NCBI GenBank assembly: GCA_017958705.1
Contig: JAGDCE010000030.1
Span: 1 to 43,050 of the forward strand
Source: Clostridia bacterium
Lineage (GTDB): Bacteria > Bacillota > Clostridia > Oscillospirales > CAG-272
Length of the DNA: 43,050 nucleotides
Direction of reading: 5' to 3'
The notes below the pieces were generated by a model. That model was given only the letters and a program-made list of their open reading frames with translations. It did not search any database and was not told where the DNA came from. Positions 8,521 to 18,269 of this stretch are shown here, piece by piece (within the stretch, counting starts at the first letter, position 1; each line of letters opens with the position of its first letter). The position numbers and the translations under genes were made by a program.

Positions 8521-9575
8521 TACAGTTTTTCTATCTCTTCCTTAAGCGTTTGCAGTATGTTCTCGTAACTGATCTTTCTGACCGGTTCACCGTGCATGAA
8601 AAGAAGCGCCTCGCCCTTTCCCGCGGCGATTCCTATATCGCATTCGCGCGCCTCGCCGGGACCGTTCACGACGCAGCCCATCAGCGCGACCTTGACGGGG
8701 CGAGACGGCTTTATCGTGCCCTTTATCTCGTCGAACTGACGGCAAAGCCCGATAAGATCTATCCCGGTCCTGCCGCACGTCGGGCAGGATACGGTGCTTA
8801 TCAGGCTGTCTGACATGCCGAGCGCGTCGAGCAGCCGTTTTGCGGCGTACACCTCGTTTGCGGGATCGTCCGTCAGTGATACGCGTATCGTGTCGCCTAT
8901 GCCGTCGCACAGAAGCGCTCCGATCCCGACGGCGCTCTTTATCGTTCCGGTCGACGCCGTGCCCGCCTCGGTCACTCCGAGATGGAGCGGATAATCACAC
9001 CTTGCCGCTATAATCCTGTTCGCCTCGATCATTGTTTTCACGTCGGACGATTTGACGGATATAACTATATCCGAAAAATCGTATTTTTCAAGCAGCGACG
9101 CGTGATAAAACGCACTTTCGGCTATCGCCTCCGGCGTCGGTCTGCCGTATTTGCTCAGTATATGACGCTCGAGCGAACCGCTGTTTACGCCGATCCTTAT
9201 CGGTATGCCTTTGGCTCTTGCCGCCGCGGCTACCGCTTTCACGCCGCTCTCGTCGCCTATGTTTCCCGGGTTGATCCTGATCTTGTCGATCCCCGCCTCG
9301 ATGCAGGCGAGCGCTATTTTGTGATCGAAATGGATATCCGCGACGAAAGGCACGTCGGGATAACGGCTTTTATATTCATACACCGTGCGGGCGCACTGTA
9401 CGTCCGGCACGGTAAAGCGTACGATATCACAGCCGGCAGACAAAAGTTGGTCTATCTGCCGGCAGCTCGATTCAATATCATCCGTCTTCGTATTCAGCAT
9501 AGACTGGACTGTGACCGGCGAGCCGCCGCCTATCTGTATGCCGTTTACGTATACGGTCCTCGTAATTCTTCTCAT
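8520..9575 (-). CDS. ispG: 4-hydroxy-3-methylbut-2-en-1-yl diphosphate synthase (IspG/GcpE), MEP pathway
   Basis: 351 aa. The N-terminus RRITRTVYVNGIQIGGGSPVTVQSM and the C-terminal Cys ligands (SCPTCGRT ... GCVVNGPGE) are typical of GcpE. Confidence 0.93.
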   Translation of the reverse strand: MRRITRTVYVNGIQIGGGSPVTVQSMLNTKTDDIESSCRQIDQLLSAGCDIVRFTVPDVQCARTVYEYKSRYPDVPFVADIHFDHKIALACIEAGIDKIRINPGNIGDESGVKAVAAAARAKGIPIRIGVNSGSLERHILSKYGRPTPEAIAESAFYHASLLEKYDFSDIVISVKSSDVKTMIEANRIIAARCDYPLHLGVTEAGTASTGTIKSAVGIGALLCDGIGDTIRVSLTDDPANEVYAAKRLLDALGMSDSLISTVSCPTCGRTGIDLIGLCRQFDEIKGTIKPSRPVKVALMGCVVNGPGEARECDIGIAAGKGEALLFMHGEPVRKISYENILQTLKEEIEKL

Positions 9576-10621
9576 GCTATCAGTTTTATAATATCCTTGA
9601 ACGTTATGGCGATCATCAGTATGAACAGCAGTATGATGCCGACGAAGTGGACATATCCCTCGTATTTCGGGTTTATCGGCTTGCCGCGCACCATCTCTAT
9701 AAGTACGAAAAGGATCCTCGATCCGTCAAGCGACGGTATCGGCAGAAGATTGAACACGCCGAGATTCATCGTGATGAATATGCTGACGTAAACGAGGCTT
9801 GCTACGCCGGCTCTCGCGCTTTCCGCGACCGTCTTCGTTACGCCGACAGGCCCCGAAAGACTGCTTAAGCCGAACCGTCCCGTTATCAGAGATATCAGCG
9901 AATCCCAGATCATTTTGATCGTCGAGAACGATGAATACAGCGAATACGAAACGACATTGCCGAAATTCTTTTCAAGCGCTCTGACCTTGAAGAACAGATC
10001 GCCGAACTTCACTCCACTGTCCTCGATCGTCGGGAAAACGACTGACTTAAGCGTTATCGTCTCGCCGTTGCGGACGACCGTGAGATCCGTGGGCTCGTAG
10101 CCCTGATTCATTATCTCGTAAGAAAGCTCCTGATAATAATGGACGCGCGTCTTTCCGACTTTTATGATCCTGTCGCCGACGAGAAGCTCTGAGCTCTGTA
10201 TCTGCTCATAGCCTTCGTCTATCTCGGCGACCGTCGTGCCTCCAATCCTCATTGCGGGCGACGCAACGAGGATAAGCATCGCGATCACACCGACGGAGAT
10301 GTTCATGACGGCGCCGGCCGCCATGATTATCAGCCTCTTCCACGGCTTTTTCTTGTTCAGCGCGTTCGGGTCTTCCGTGTCCTCGTCTTCCCCGACCATG
10401 CTGACGAAGCCTCCTATCGGAAATATCCGGAGCGAATAAGCAATATTCGTTTTTTTGCTCGTATACGATATAAGCCTCGGGCCCATACCTATCGAAAATT
10501 CTTTGATCGTCACCTTGAAGATACGCGCGGCGAGGTAATGACCGAGCTCGTGTATCAGTATCAGCAGTCCGAAAATAAATATGGCGACAATGATGTATAA
10601 TACGGTCTTAAGTATTTCCAT
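9572..10621 (-). CDS. rseP: RIP site-2 metalloprotease RseP/RasP family (M50, PDZ domain)
   Basis: HELGHY (HExxH) in the first TM, a PDZ-like middle region, and C-terminal NLLPIPSLDG. Preferred start is ATG 10621 (MEILKTV...), preceded by AAGGAG. The longer track ORF to 10690 overlaps dxr. Confidence 0.88.
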   Translation of the reverse strand: MEILKTVLYIIVAIFIFGLLILIHELGHYLAARIFKVTIKEFSIGMGPRLISYTSKKTNIAYSLRIFPIGGFVSMVGEDEDTEDPNALNKKKPWKRLIIMAAGAVMNISVGVIAMLILVASPAMRIGGTTVAEIDEGYEQIQSSELLVGDRIIKVGKTRVHYYQELSYEIMNQGYEPTDLTVVRNGETITLKSVVFPTIEDSGVKFGDLFFKVRALEKNFGNVVSYSLYSSFSTIKMIWDSLISLITGRFGLSSLSGPVGVTKTVAESARAGVASLVYVSIFITMNLGVFNLLPIPSLDGSRILFVLIEMVRGKPINPKYEGYVHFVGIILLFILMIAITFKDIIKLIA

Positions 10622-11786
10622 CGGATATTGAGGTCTCCTTATATGAATAAGCCGCGCGTCTCGCGAGCTTATCGCATTCAAGTATTTCACCGATATCTGG
10701 ATCGGCTTTGTTTTCTGTTTTTTGTACGGTCGACTCCGTTATGCGGTATATATCGTTGAAACCGATCTGCCCTCGCAGATACATATCGACCGCGGCTTCG
10801 TTTGCGGCGTTATACGCGCAAGGCAGAAGTCCGCCTTCTTTCGCACAGTGACGCGCGAGCGAAAGCATCGGGAAAGCGCGGCAGTCCGGCTCGGAAAACG
10901 TAAGCGGAGCGGCAGTCAGATCAAGCTCCGGGATCACCGCGTCGTATCTTTCCGGATACGTCAGCGCGTATTGTCCCGGCAGTCTCATGTCCGGCACGGA
11001 TAACTGCGCTATGACAGAATTGTCTATATATTCGACCATGGAATGGACCACGCTCTGCCTGTGGATCAGCACCTTGATCATATCATAGCCGACGCCGAAA
11101 AGATGCATCGCCTCGATTATCTCAAGGCCTTTGTTCGCAAGCGTGGCACTGTCCACCGTTATTTTTCTGCCCATGCTCCACGTCGGATGATCGAGCGTCG
11201 CGGCGACCGTGACGCCCTCGAGTTCTTCAAAGCTGCGGCCAAAGAACGGCCCGCCCGAGCACGTCAGGATTATTCTCTTCACTTCGCTCTTTCTGCCGTT
11301 TTTAAGGCACTGAAAGATCGCGCAGTGCTCCGAATCGACCGGCAGGATCATCGCGCCGTTTTCTTTTGCGGTTCGGTTGACGATCTTTCCGGCGAGGACC
11401 ATGCTTTCCTTGTTGGCAAGCGCGAGAGTCTTGCCCGCGCCGAGCACGGCAAGCGTCGGCATCAGGCCGTTTTTGCCCGATACCGCGTTATATACAAGGT
11501 CCGCATCGCATCCCGCGGCTTCCTCGCACATCCGTCCGTAACCGGGCACTACCTTTGTGTCCGTGTCTGCTACGGCGACGGATAAAAGCGACGCCGCGGC
11601 TTCGTCTTCGACCGCGCAGATGCCCGGCTTGAAGCGTCTTATCTGCTTCTCGAGCAGACTTATATTGTTTTTTGCGGCTATTAACGTAACGCGGGCTCCG
11701 AGCTTTTCACAGACGTCAAGCACCTGTGTGCCGACGGAACCTGTGGAGCCGAGCACCGCGATCTTTTTATTTATCATTTTGTCCAT
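10608..11786 (-). CDS. dxr: 1-deoxy-D-xylulose 5-phosphate reductoisomerase
   Basis: 392 aa. KIAVLGSTGSVG NADPH-binding motif, LANKE, DSEHCAIFQC. Confidence 0.95.
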   Translation of the reverse strand: MDKMINKKIAVLGSTGSVGTQVLDVCEKLGARVTLIAAKNNISLLEKQIRRFKPGICAVEDEAAASLLSVAVADTDTKVVPGYGRMCEEAAGCDADLVYNAVSGKNGLMPTLAVLGAGKTLALANKESMVLAGKIVNRTAKENGAMILPVDSEHCAIFQCLKNGRKSEVKRIILTCSGGPFFGRSFEELEGVTVAATLDHPTWSMGRKITVDSATLANKGLEIIEAMHLFGVGYDMIKVLIHRQSVVHSMVEYIDNSVIAQLSVPDMRLPGQYALTYPERYDAVIPELDLTAAPLTFSEPDCRAFPMLSLARHCAKEGGLLPCAYNAANEAAVDMYLRGQIGFNDIYRITESTVQKTENKADPDIGEILECDKLARRAAYSYKETSISDGNT

Positions 11787-12637
11787 TTTACTGCTTCTAT
11801 GACAGTGTACGTTATGTAAATGGCGACTGAAACGGCGGTTATACTGTCGAATCTGTCAAGCACGCCGCCGTGACCGGGGATGATCTTTCCGAAATCCTTG
11901 ATCCCGAATCTGCGTTTGACGAGAGACAGGATCAGATCCCCGAGCTGGGAAATAACGGACAGGATGACGGCGGTCACGATGAGAACGGGATACGACGCGA
12001 CGGATCTGTTGAAAGCGAACGTTATAACGAGCGCGTATATTATAAATCCGATTATATTGCCGAATACTCCGCCGATCGCGCCTTCGACCGATTTTTTCGG
12101 TGAGACCGTCGGGCAAAGCTTGTGTTTGCCGAATTTCATGCCGATGATATACGCGAAAAGATCCGTCATCCACGCCGATATGAATATGAGCGGGAACAGG
12201 AATTCTCCGTTTGTTTTCTCGGTCAGAAGCGTAGCCGCGAGCGTGCCCGAAACGATATACACGCACATCAGCGAGCCGAAGCCGCTCGTTTCGATATTGA
12301 ATTTATCCGGGATGAAAACGCAGAGTCCGAAAAGATAAAACGTGAAGCACACGATCATACAGATGAATATGAAGGCGAATTTCTTAAGCCCTATATCCGT
12401 GCCGCCGAACAGACGCAGACGCACCAGAACGTGAGATGCGACCGTCAGGCATTCCGCGGGCACGATCACGTACCATTTATCGAGCTTCAGACAGCGCAGA
12501 AGCTCGAAAACGCCTACCGTTGCCACGAACAGCATATACACGGTCAGCGCGAGCGTATGCGTGAAAAACAGCAGCGGGAACGTTATTACAACGATAATGA
12601 TCCCGGATATTATCCTTTTCGTTTTCTCGTTTTTCAA
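11774..12637 (-). CDS. cdsA: Phosphatidate cytidylyltransferase (CDP-diglyceride synthase)
   Basis: Multi-TM protein with the CTP-transferase signature SLVKRRFGIKDFGKIIPGHGGVLDRFDS. TGA stop. Confidence 0.92.
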   Translation of the reverse strand: MKNEKTKRIISGIIIVVITFPLLFFTHTLALTVYMLFVATVGVFELLRCLKLDKWYVIVPAECLTVASHVLVRLRLFGGTDIGLKKFAFIFICMIVCFTFYLFGLCVFIPDKFNIETSGFGSLMCVYIVSGTLAATLLTEKTNGEFLFPLIFISAWMTDLFAYIIGMKFGKHKLCPTVSPKKSVEGAIGGVFGNIIGFIIYALVITFAFNRSVASYPVLIVTAVILSVISQLGDLILSLVKRRFGIKDFGKIIPGHGGVLDRFDSITAVSVAIYITYTVIEAVKWTK

Positions 12638-12659
12638 AACAACCGTTCACGGCGACGGA

Positions 12660-13343
12660 TCAGAGCCCGCCGAACCGTCTGTTTCTCCTTTTGAATTCGT
12701 TAAGAGCCCGGTCCACGTCTTCGTTCGTCATATCGGGCCAGAGAGTATCGGTAACGTAAATCTCGGAATAAGCCGACTGCCAGAGAAGAAAATTCGACAG
12801 TCTGTACTCCCCGCCGGTCCTTACTATCAGATCGGGATCCGGCGCGAGCTTTGTGTACATGTGAGCGGTGATATCCTCTTCACTCACCTCCGTCGCGCCT
12901 TCCGCGATCAGTTCGTTCACGGCGTGACAGATCTCACTGCGCCCGCCGTAGTTTATCGCGACGAACAGCAGTTTTTCGTTATTTATCGTCTTATTTTCGA
13001 CGGCTTCCATACGCTTTCTCAGATCCGGGGAAAACACGCTCCGGTCACCGATAAACACAAGACGTACGTTTTTCTTCATCAGCGTCTCGGTCCTGTTGTC
13101 GATATAATCGGAAAACAGACCGAAGATCGCTTCAATCTCGTGCTTCGGTCTTTTCCAGTTTTCCGTTGAAAAAGCGTAGACGGTCACGGCGTTTATGCCG
13201 ATATCGCTGCAGTACCCTACTATCTTCTCGAATACCTCGGCGCCGACTTTGTGGCCGTATTCGCGCGGCAAAAGGCGCTTTTTTGCCCATCTGCCGTTAC
13301 CGTCCATTATAAAGGCGATATGCCTGACCGGGCAGTCCTCCAT
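12660..13343 (-). CDS. uppS: Isoprenyl transferase / undecaprenyl diphosphate synthase
   Basis: FIMDGNGRWA and RTGGEYRLSNFLLWQSAYSE motifs. Confidence 0.95.
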   Translation of the reverse strand: MEDCPVRHIAFIMDGNGRWAKKRLLPREYGHKVGAEVFEKIVGYCSDIGINAVTVYAFSTENWKRPKHEIEAIFGLFSDYIDNRTETLMKKNVRLVFIGDRSVFSPDLRKRMEAVENKTINNEKLLFVAINYGGRSEICHAVNELIAEGATEVSEEDITAHMYTKLAPDPDLIVRTGGEYRLSNFLLWQSAYSEIYVTDTLWPDMTNEDVDRALNEFKRRNRRFGGL

Positions 13344-13897
13344 CAGACTTCCATTATCTCCGCGCTGCGCTTTGCGGTGGCGGCGTCGATATCCTTGATG
13401 AATCTGTCGGTGAGCTCCTGGATCGACTTATCGGACTGCTTTTGCTCGTCCTCGGTCATCTCGGAATTCTTTTTCATCGCCTTGCTCTTGTCGTTCGCAT
13501 CGCGGCGGATGTTTCTCACTGCGACTTTCGCTTCCTCGCCCATCTTGGAGATCTGCTTCGTCAGCTGTTTTCTCGTCTCCTCGGTGACTTGCGGGAATAC
13601 AAGGCGGAGCACTTTACCGTCGTTTGACGGGTTGATGCCTATATCCGACGTCTGTATCGCCTTCTCGATCTTCTTGAGCATAGATCCGTCCCAGGGAGAT
13701 ATCGCTATCGTACGCGCGTCTGTGACCGTGACAGTCGCCAGCTGAGATATCTTCGTGGGTGCGCCGTAATAATCGACCGTTACTTTATCGAGCACGGCGG
13801 GATTGGCTCTGCCGGCTCTTATCGTCGACAGCTCGTACTGGAGCTGCGCCAGGGTCTTGCCCATTTTTTCCTCATAAGGTTTGTTGTCAAGTTTCAT
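13343..13897 (-). CDS. frr: Ribosome recycling factor
   Basis: 184 aa, typical RRF sequence (LSTIRAGRANPAVLD..., TEETRKQLTKQ...). The stop overlaps the uppS start. Confidence 0.95.
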   Translation of the reverse strand: MKLDNKPYEEKMGKTLAQLQYELSTIRAGRANPAVLDKVTVDYYGAPTKISQLATVTVTDARTIAISPWDGSMLKKIEKAIQTSDIGINPSNDGKVLRLVFPQVTEETRKQLTKQISKMGEEAKVAVRNIRRDANDKSKAMKKNSEMTEDEQKQSDKSIQELTDRFIKDIDAATAKRSAEIMEV

Positions 13898-13910
13898 TTC
13901 TTTATCTCCT

Positions 13911-14645
13911 TTACTCTGTTGTTATCGTTGTGCCGACGGGTTCTCCGCGTGCGGCTTTGAGTATATTGTCCGGATCTTTCAGCGAGAACAGCACCATCGG
14001 CATCTTTGCGTTAAGCGCTATCATCGAAGCCGTCAGATCTATCGCGCCGAGCATATCGTCGACAAGCCTGTGGCAGCTTATCTCGGTGTATCTTACGGCG
14101 TCGGGGACCTTTATGGGATCGGCGTTGTAGACCGCGTCGACGTTCTTCGCGAGGAACACCGCGTCGGCGTTGACCTCGCAGGCGCGGAGCACCGCCGCCG
14201 TATCCGTTGAGAAATACGGGTTTCCGGTACCGCCGCCGATTATAACGACGTATCCCTTTGAGAAGTACTCCTCGGCGCGCTCTTTCGTGAACAGCTGCGC
14301 GACCTTGTTCATTTCAACGGCGGAAAGCGTTACGGCCTTCACGCCTTCTTTGTTGAGCAGGTTTTCGACCGCAAGGCTGTTGAGCATAGTGACGAGCATG
14401 CCCATGTCGTCGGCACGCGCACGCGTGAACTCTTTTGCCGACGCGCCTCTGAATACGTTTCCGCCGCCGGTCACGACACCGACCTGGACACCGTCTTCAA
14501 CAAGCTTTCCGATGACCGATACCATCGTGTGCAGAAACTGCGTGTCAAACGGATTGACGATCTCTCCGCCGCGCTTTTCGGACATCGCCTCGCCCGATAA
14601 TTTCAATATGATCCTTTTGTACTTATACTCCATTTTCAGCTGCAC
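13911..14645 (-). CDS. pyrH: UMP kinase
   Basis: YKRIILKLSGEA and VTGGGNVFRG motifs. GTG start at 14645 with AGGA about 7 nt upstream; ATG 14633 is an alternative. Confidence 0.93.
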   Translation of the reverse strand: MQLKMEYKYKRIILKLSGEAMSEKRGGEIVNPFDTQFLHTMVSVIGKLVEDGVQVGVVTGGGNVFRGASAKEFTRARADDMGMLVTMLNSLAVENLLNKEGVKAVTLSAVEMNKVAQLFTKERAEEYFSKGYVVIIGGGTGNPYFSTDTAAVLRACEVNADAVFLAKNVDAVYNADPIKVPDAVRYTEISCHRLVDDMLGAIDLTASMIALNAKMPMVLFSLKDPDNILKAARGEPVGTTITTE

Positions 14646-14671
14646 CGTCCTGTCCTATTTATACATAATAT

Positions 14672-14700
14672 ATATTAAACTCATTTTATGAATTTGTAAA
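14672..14700 (-). promoter_or_regulatory. Candidate sigma-A promoter for pyrH-frr-uppS...
   Basis: The minus strand reads TTTACA (14700-14695), a 17 nt spacer, then TAATAT (14677-14672). It lies between the tsf terminator and the pyrH start. Confidence 0.4.
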
Positions 14701-14741
14701 GACCTTAGTGTAAAAACAATGGACCGGCGTCATAAAACATG

Positions 14742-14775
14742 AAAAAAGTATCCCGCTCGACGTCGAACGGGATAC
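14742..14775 (-). terminator. Rho-independent terminator after tsf
   Basis: 8 bp stem GTATCCCG (14748-14755) / CGGGATAC (14768-14775), 12 nt loop. On the minus strand it is followed by TTTTTT (complement of 14742-14747). Confidence 0.7.
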
Positions 14776-14785
14776 TTTTACAAGG

Positions 14786-15712
14786 TCAGTCCTTCTTGAC
14801 GAGCTTTTCGATCTCTGCTGCGAAATCGTCCTCTCTCTTCTGCAGGCCTTCGCCCTTGTCGTACTTTACGAAGCTTGCTATCTTCATAGCCTTGCCCTGC
14901 TCCTTTGCAGCGCTCTCAACGTATTTCGCAACGGTGAGATCGTCGTCCTTTACGTAGGACTGGAGGTTGAGGCAGTTGGTATCGTAGTACTTCTCTATTC
15001 TGCCGGGGATCATCTTTTCTCTGATGATGTTCTCGGGCTTGTTGGCGTTCTTCGGATCGTTCTTTATCTGAGCGACGATGATCTCGGTCTCAGCCTCGAT
15101 GACGGAGGCGGGAACGTCGGCTTTGTCAAGATAAAGCGGGTTCATCGAAGCTACCTGGAGGCATACGTTGTGTCCGACTTCCGCGTAATCAGCGCCGTCT
15201 TCGCAGTCCATGCTGACGATAACGCCGGTGACGCCGCCGCCGTGGATGTAGGTGCTGACGTTGCCGTCGACTATCACGAAGCGGCGGATGTTCATGTTCT
15301 CGCCTATCGTGTAGATCTTGTCCTTAAGGGTCGCTTCGACCGTGAACTCGGAACCGGCGAGCGGGAGCTTGAGAAGCTCTTCGACGGACGCGGGTCTGTT
15401 TTCGAGAATGGTCTTTTCTATATCTTTTACAAATTCGCGGAACGATGCGTTCTTCGCGACGAAGTCGGTCTCGGAGTTGACTTCGATCATAACGGCCGTC
15501 TTCCCGTCGTCGGAGACGAGTATGTCAACGACGCCTTCCGCCGCTATTCTGTCAGCCTTTTTGACCGCGGCCGCAAGTCCTTTTTCACGAAGGATCTTTA
15601 TGGCTTCATCGAAATCGCCTTCGGCGTCTACGAGAGCCTTTTTGCAGTCCATCATGCCGCAGCCGGTCTTGGCGCGGAGATTCGCAACGTCTTTAGCTGT
15701 GAAATTAGCCAT
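14786..15712 (-). CDS. tsf: Translation elongation factor Ts
   Basis: 308 aa, N-terminal LRAKTGCGMMDCKKAL motif. Lies 18 nt downstream of rpsB, the classic rpsB-tsf pair. Confidence 0.96.
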   Translation of the reverse strand: MANFTAKDVANLRAKTGCGMMDCKKALVDAEGDFDEAIKILREKGLAAAVKKADRIAAEGVVDILVSDDGKTAVMIEVNSETDFVAKNASFREFVKDIEKTILENRPASVEELLKLPLAGSEFTVEATLKDKIYTIGENMNIRRFVIVDGNVSTYIHGGGVTGVIVSMDCEDGADYAEVGHNVCLQVASMNPLYLDKADVPASVIEAETEIIVAQIKNDPKNANKPENIIREKMIPGRIEKYYDTNCLNLQSYVKDDDLTVAKYVESAAKEQGKAMKIASFVKYDKGEGLQKREDDFAAEIEKLVKKD

Positions 15713-15730
15713 TTTACTATCCTGCCTTTC

Positions 15731-16477
15731 TTATTCTTCTGCCTGCTCGGGAGCCTCAGCCTCGGGCTTGACTTCCTCTGCCTCGGCGTTCTGCTCGCCC
15801 TGTCTGCCTTCGATAACGGCGTCGGCCAGTACGGAGCTGATGAGTTTGATCGCTCTGATGGCGTCGTCGTTGCCGGGGATGACGTAATCGGCGTCATCGG
15901 GGTCGCAGTTGGTATCGATGATGGCGATCACCGGGATACCGAGTTTCTTCGCTTCGAGAACGGCGTTTCTTTCCTTCTTCGGGTCGACTATGAATATAGC
16001 GGACGGAAGCTCGGTCATGTTCTTGATACCGCCGTAGTTCTTCTGCAGTTCGTCGATCTCTTTGGAGATCTTGGCGGCTTCTTTCTTCGGGAGAAGATTG
16101 ATGGTGCCGTCGGCCTGCATCTGTTCGAGCTTTTCAAGTCTTGCGATGCTCTTCTTTATCGTCTTGTAGTTGGTGAGCATGCCGCCCGGCCAGCGTACGT
16201 TGACGTGGAACATGTTGCATCTGGTGGCTTCTTCTTTAATGGCGTCGGCCGCCTGCTTCTTGGTGCCGACGAAAAGGAGCGTGCCGCCGTTTTCGGAAAG
16301 CTCTCTGACGAACATATAAGCTTCCTCGAATTTCTTAACGGTCTTTGCAAGGTCTATGATGTAAATACCGTTTCTTTCCGTGAAGATGTATTCCTTCATT
16401 TTGGGGTTCCATCTTCTGGTCTGATGTCCGAAATGGACGCCTGCTTCAAGCAGCTGCTTGATGGTTACTACTGCCAT
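15731..16477 (-). CDS. rpsB: 30S ribosomal protein S2
   Basis: [19 protein letters not shown] near the N-terminus; acidic C-terminal tail. Confidence 0.97.
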   Translation of the reverse strand: MAVVTIKQLLEAGVHFGHQTRRWNPKMKEYIFTERNGIYIIDLAKTVKKFEEAYMFVRELSENGGTLLFVGTKKQAADAIKEEATRCNMFHVNVRWPGGMLTNYKTIKKSIARLEKLEQMQADGTINLLPKKEAAKISKEIDELQKNYGGIKNMTELPSAIFIVDPKKERNAVLEAKKLGIPVIAIIDTNCDPDDADYVIPGNDDAIRAIKLISSVLADAVIEGRQGEQNAEAEEVKPEAEAPEQAEE

Positions 16478-16611
16478 TTTTTTATTCCTCCTCAGGTTTT
16501 TTTCCTCCGCGGCGTCTGTTTGACCGTAAAACGGACCTGATGCATGACGTTGTCCCGCGTGCGGATTTTTTATTTTCAGCCGGCGGGTGCAGTTTCCGCC
16601 AAAGCCGAAAC

Positions 16612-16640
16612 ACTATACCATATTTTTTATTATTTTTCAA
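16612..16640 (-). promoter_or_regulatory. Candidate sigma-A promoter of rpsB-tsf, giving a leader of about 130 nt
   Basis: The minus strand reads TTGAAA (16640-16635), a 17 nt spacer, then TATAGT (16617-16612). Confidence 0.5.
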
Positions 16641-16677
16641 TAGGTTTTTATAATAAAAACCCGTATTTACATAAAAT

Positions 16678-16965
16678 TTACAATTTGAAGAGCCTCTTCT
16701 TCTGCCTCGGACATTTGATATACTCGCCGTCGCACCGAACGAGTATGATATCCGGCCCGATCCTCTCGATACAACCCCACGGGATCAGTATATCGTCGCC
16801 TTTGCTTATTCCGAGAAAATTGCATTCTCCCGGCACGATCAGTGCGGTCAGTCTGCCAGTGTCGAGGTCAAGCCGCGCGTCGCTGACGTTTCCGAGCCGT
16901 CTGCCGTCACAAACGTTTATCACTTCCCTTTCCTTTAACTGATCGAGCGTAGTAAAATCCGGCAT
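16678..16965 (-). CDS. YlmC/YmxH-family sporulation protein (PRC-barrel)
   Basis: 95 aa. LKEREVINVCDGRRLGNVSDARLDLDTGRLTALIVPG is characteristic of the YlmC/YmxH family. Confidence 0.85.
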   Translation of the reverse strand: MPDFTTLDQLKEREVINVCDGRRLGNVSDARLDLDTGRLTALIVPGECNFLGISKGDDILIPWGCIERIGPDIILVRCDGEYIKCPRQKKRLFKL

Positions 16966-17006
16966 AATATACCTCCATACAATTCATACGGTATATATTA
17001 TGCCGG
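16959..17006 (-). promoter_or_regulatory. Long hairpin covering the ylmC/ymxH SD and start codon (possible tyrS terminator and/or translational occlusion)
   Basis: Inverted repeat CCGGCATAATATACC (16959-16973) / GGTATATATTATGCCGG (16990-17006). In the minus-strand RNA the 3' arm holds part of the SD (GGAGGT) and the ATG (16965-16963), and is followed by ATTTTAC. Confidence 0.5.
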
Positions 17007-17050
17007 ATAATTCTTTTTATTACCTTGTATCCTACGGGATCCGGATCTTA

Positions 17051-18268
17051 TCAAACGGTGAATTTCTGGAATATTTTCTTTCCTTTTTTGAGTATCACGC
17101 CGGCTTTGACCTCGTCAAGCATTACGGACTTATATACGTCCGTCACCTTGTCGTCGCCGATCATCACGCCGCCCTGCTGTATCAGACGTCTCGCCTCGCC
17201 TTTAGACGGCGCAAGGCCCGATTTTACGAGCATATCTATGACGGTGATGCAGCCGTTTGCGAAATCGGCTTCGGTAAGCTCGGTCGTTGGCATATCCGCC
17301 GCCGCGCCGCCGGCGAAAACGGATCTTGCCGCTTCAAGCGCTTTGTCGGCTTCTTCTTTGCCGTGGACCATCTCGGTCAGATGATACGCCAAAACTTCCT
17401 TGACTTTATTCAATTCGCTTCCTTCGCACTTCTCGTACTCCGCTATCTGATCGAGCGGTATGAAGGTGAGCATCTTCATGCATTTTATGACGTCCGCGTC
17501 GTCGACGTTTCTCCAGTACTGGAAGAAGTCGTAAGGCGACGTCTTTTCGGGATCGAGCCATACGGCGTTGCCCGCGGTCTTGCCCATCTTTTTGCCGTTT
17601 GAATCGGTCAGAAGCGTGATCGTCATGCAGTGAGCGTCAGCTCCGAGTTTCTTTCTTATAAGCTCGGTGCCGCCCAGCATATTGCTCCACTGGTCGTCGC
17701 CGCCGAACTGCATATTGCAGTTGTAATTCTTGAACAGGTAGTAGAAGTCGTACGACTGCATTATCATGTAGTTGAATTCAAAGAAGCTCAGGCCGCGCTC
17801 CATCCTCTGCTTGTAGCATTCCGCGCGGAGCATGTTGTTGACGGAAAAGCACGCGCCAACCTCACGCAAAAGCTCCACGTAATTCAGATCGAGCAGCCAG
17901 TCGGCGTTGTTTACCATCGTCGCCTTGCCCTCGCCGAATTCTATGAAACGCTCCATCTGACGCCTGAAGCATTCGGCGTTGTGATCTATGTCCTGTCGCG
18001 TGAGCATTTTACGCATATCGGTACGGCCTGACGGGTCGCCTATCATCGTCGTGCCGCCGCCTATCAGCGCGATCGGCTTGTTGCCCGCGAGCTGGAGCCT
18101 TTTCATCAGAGTCAGTGCCATGAAATGTCCGGCGGTAAGGCTGTCCGCAGTGCAGTCGAAACCGATGTAGAACGTCGCCTTCCCCTCGTTTATCATGTTT
18201 TTGATCTCTTCCTCGTTCGTCACCTGGGCTATCAGTCCGCGGGCGACGAGTTCTTCGTATAAAGTCAT
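17051..18268 (-). CDS. tyrS: Tyrosine--tRNA ligase
   Basis: 405 aa. Class I motifs (TAGHFMAL for HIGH, KMGKT for KMSKS) and a C-terminal S4-like domain. The start lies 1 nt after the recN stop. Confidence 0.95.
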   Translation of the reverse strand: MTLYEELVARGLIAQVTNEEEIKNMINEGKATFYIGFDCTADSLTAGHFMALTLMKRLQLAGNKPIALIGGGTTMIGDPSGRTDMRKMLTRQDIDHNAECFRRQMERFIEFGEGKATMVNNADWLLDLNYVELLREVGACFSVNNMLRAECYKQRMERGLSFFEFNYMIMQSYDFYYLFKNYNCNMQFGGDDQWSNMLGGTELIRKKLGADAHCMTITLLTDSNGKKMGKTAGNAVWLDPEKTSPYDFFQYWRNVDDADVIKCMKMLTFIPLDQIAEYEKCEGSELNKVKEVLAYHLTEMVHGKEEADKALEAARSVFAGGAAADMPTTELTEADFANGCITVIDMLVKSGLAPSKGEARRLIQQGGVMIGDDKVTDVYKSVMLDEVKAGVILKKGKKIFQKFTV

Positions 18269-18269
18269 A

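Noticed and set aside
10622-10690. Longer rseP ORF starting at 10690
   Set aside because: It overlaps the dxr 3' end by 83 nt with non-protein-like sequence. ATG 10621 has an AAGGAG SD and begins directly at the first TM helix.
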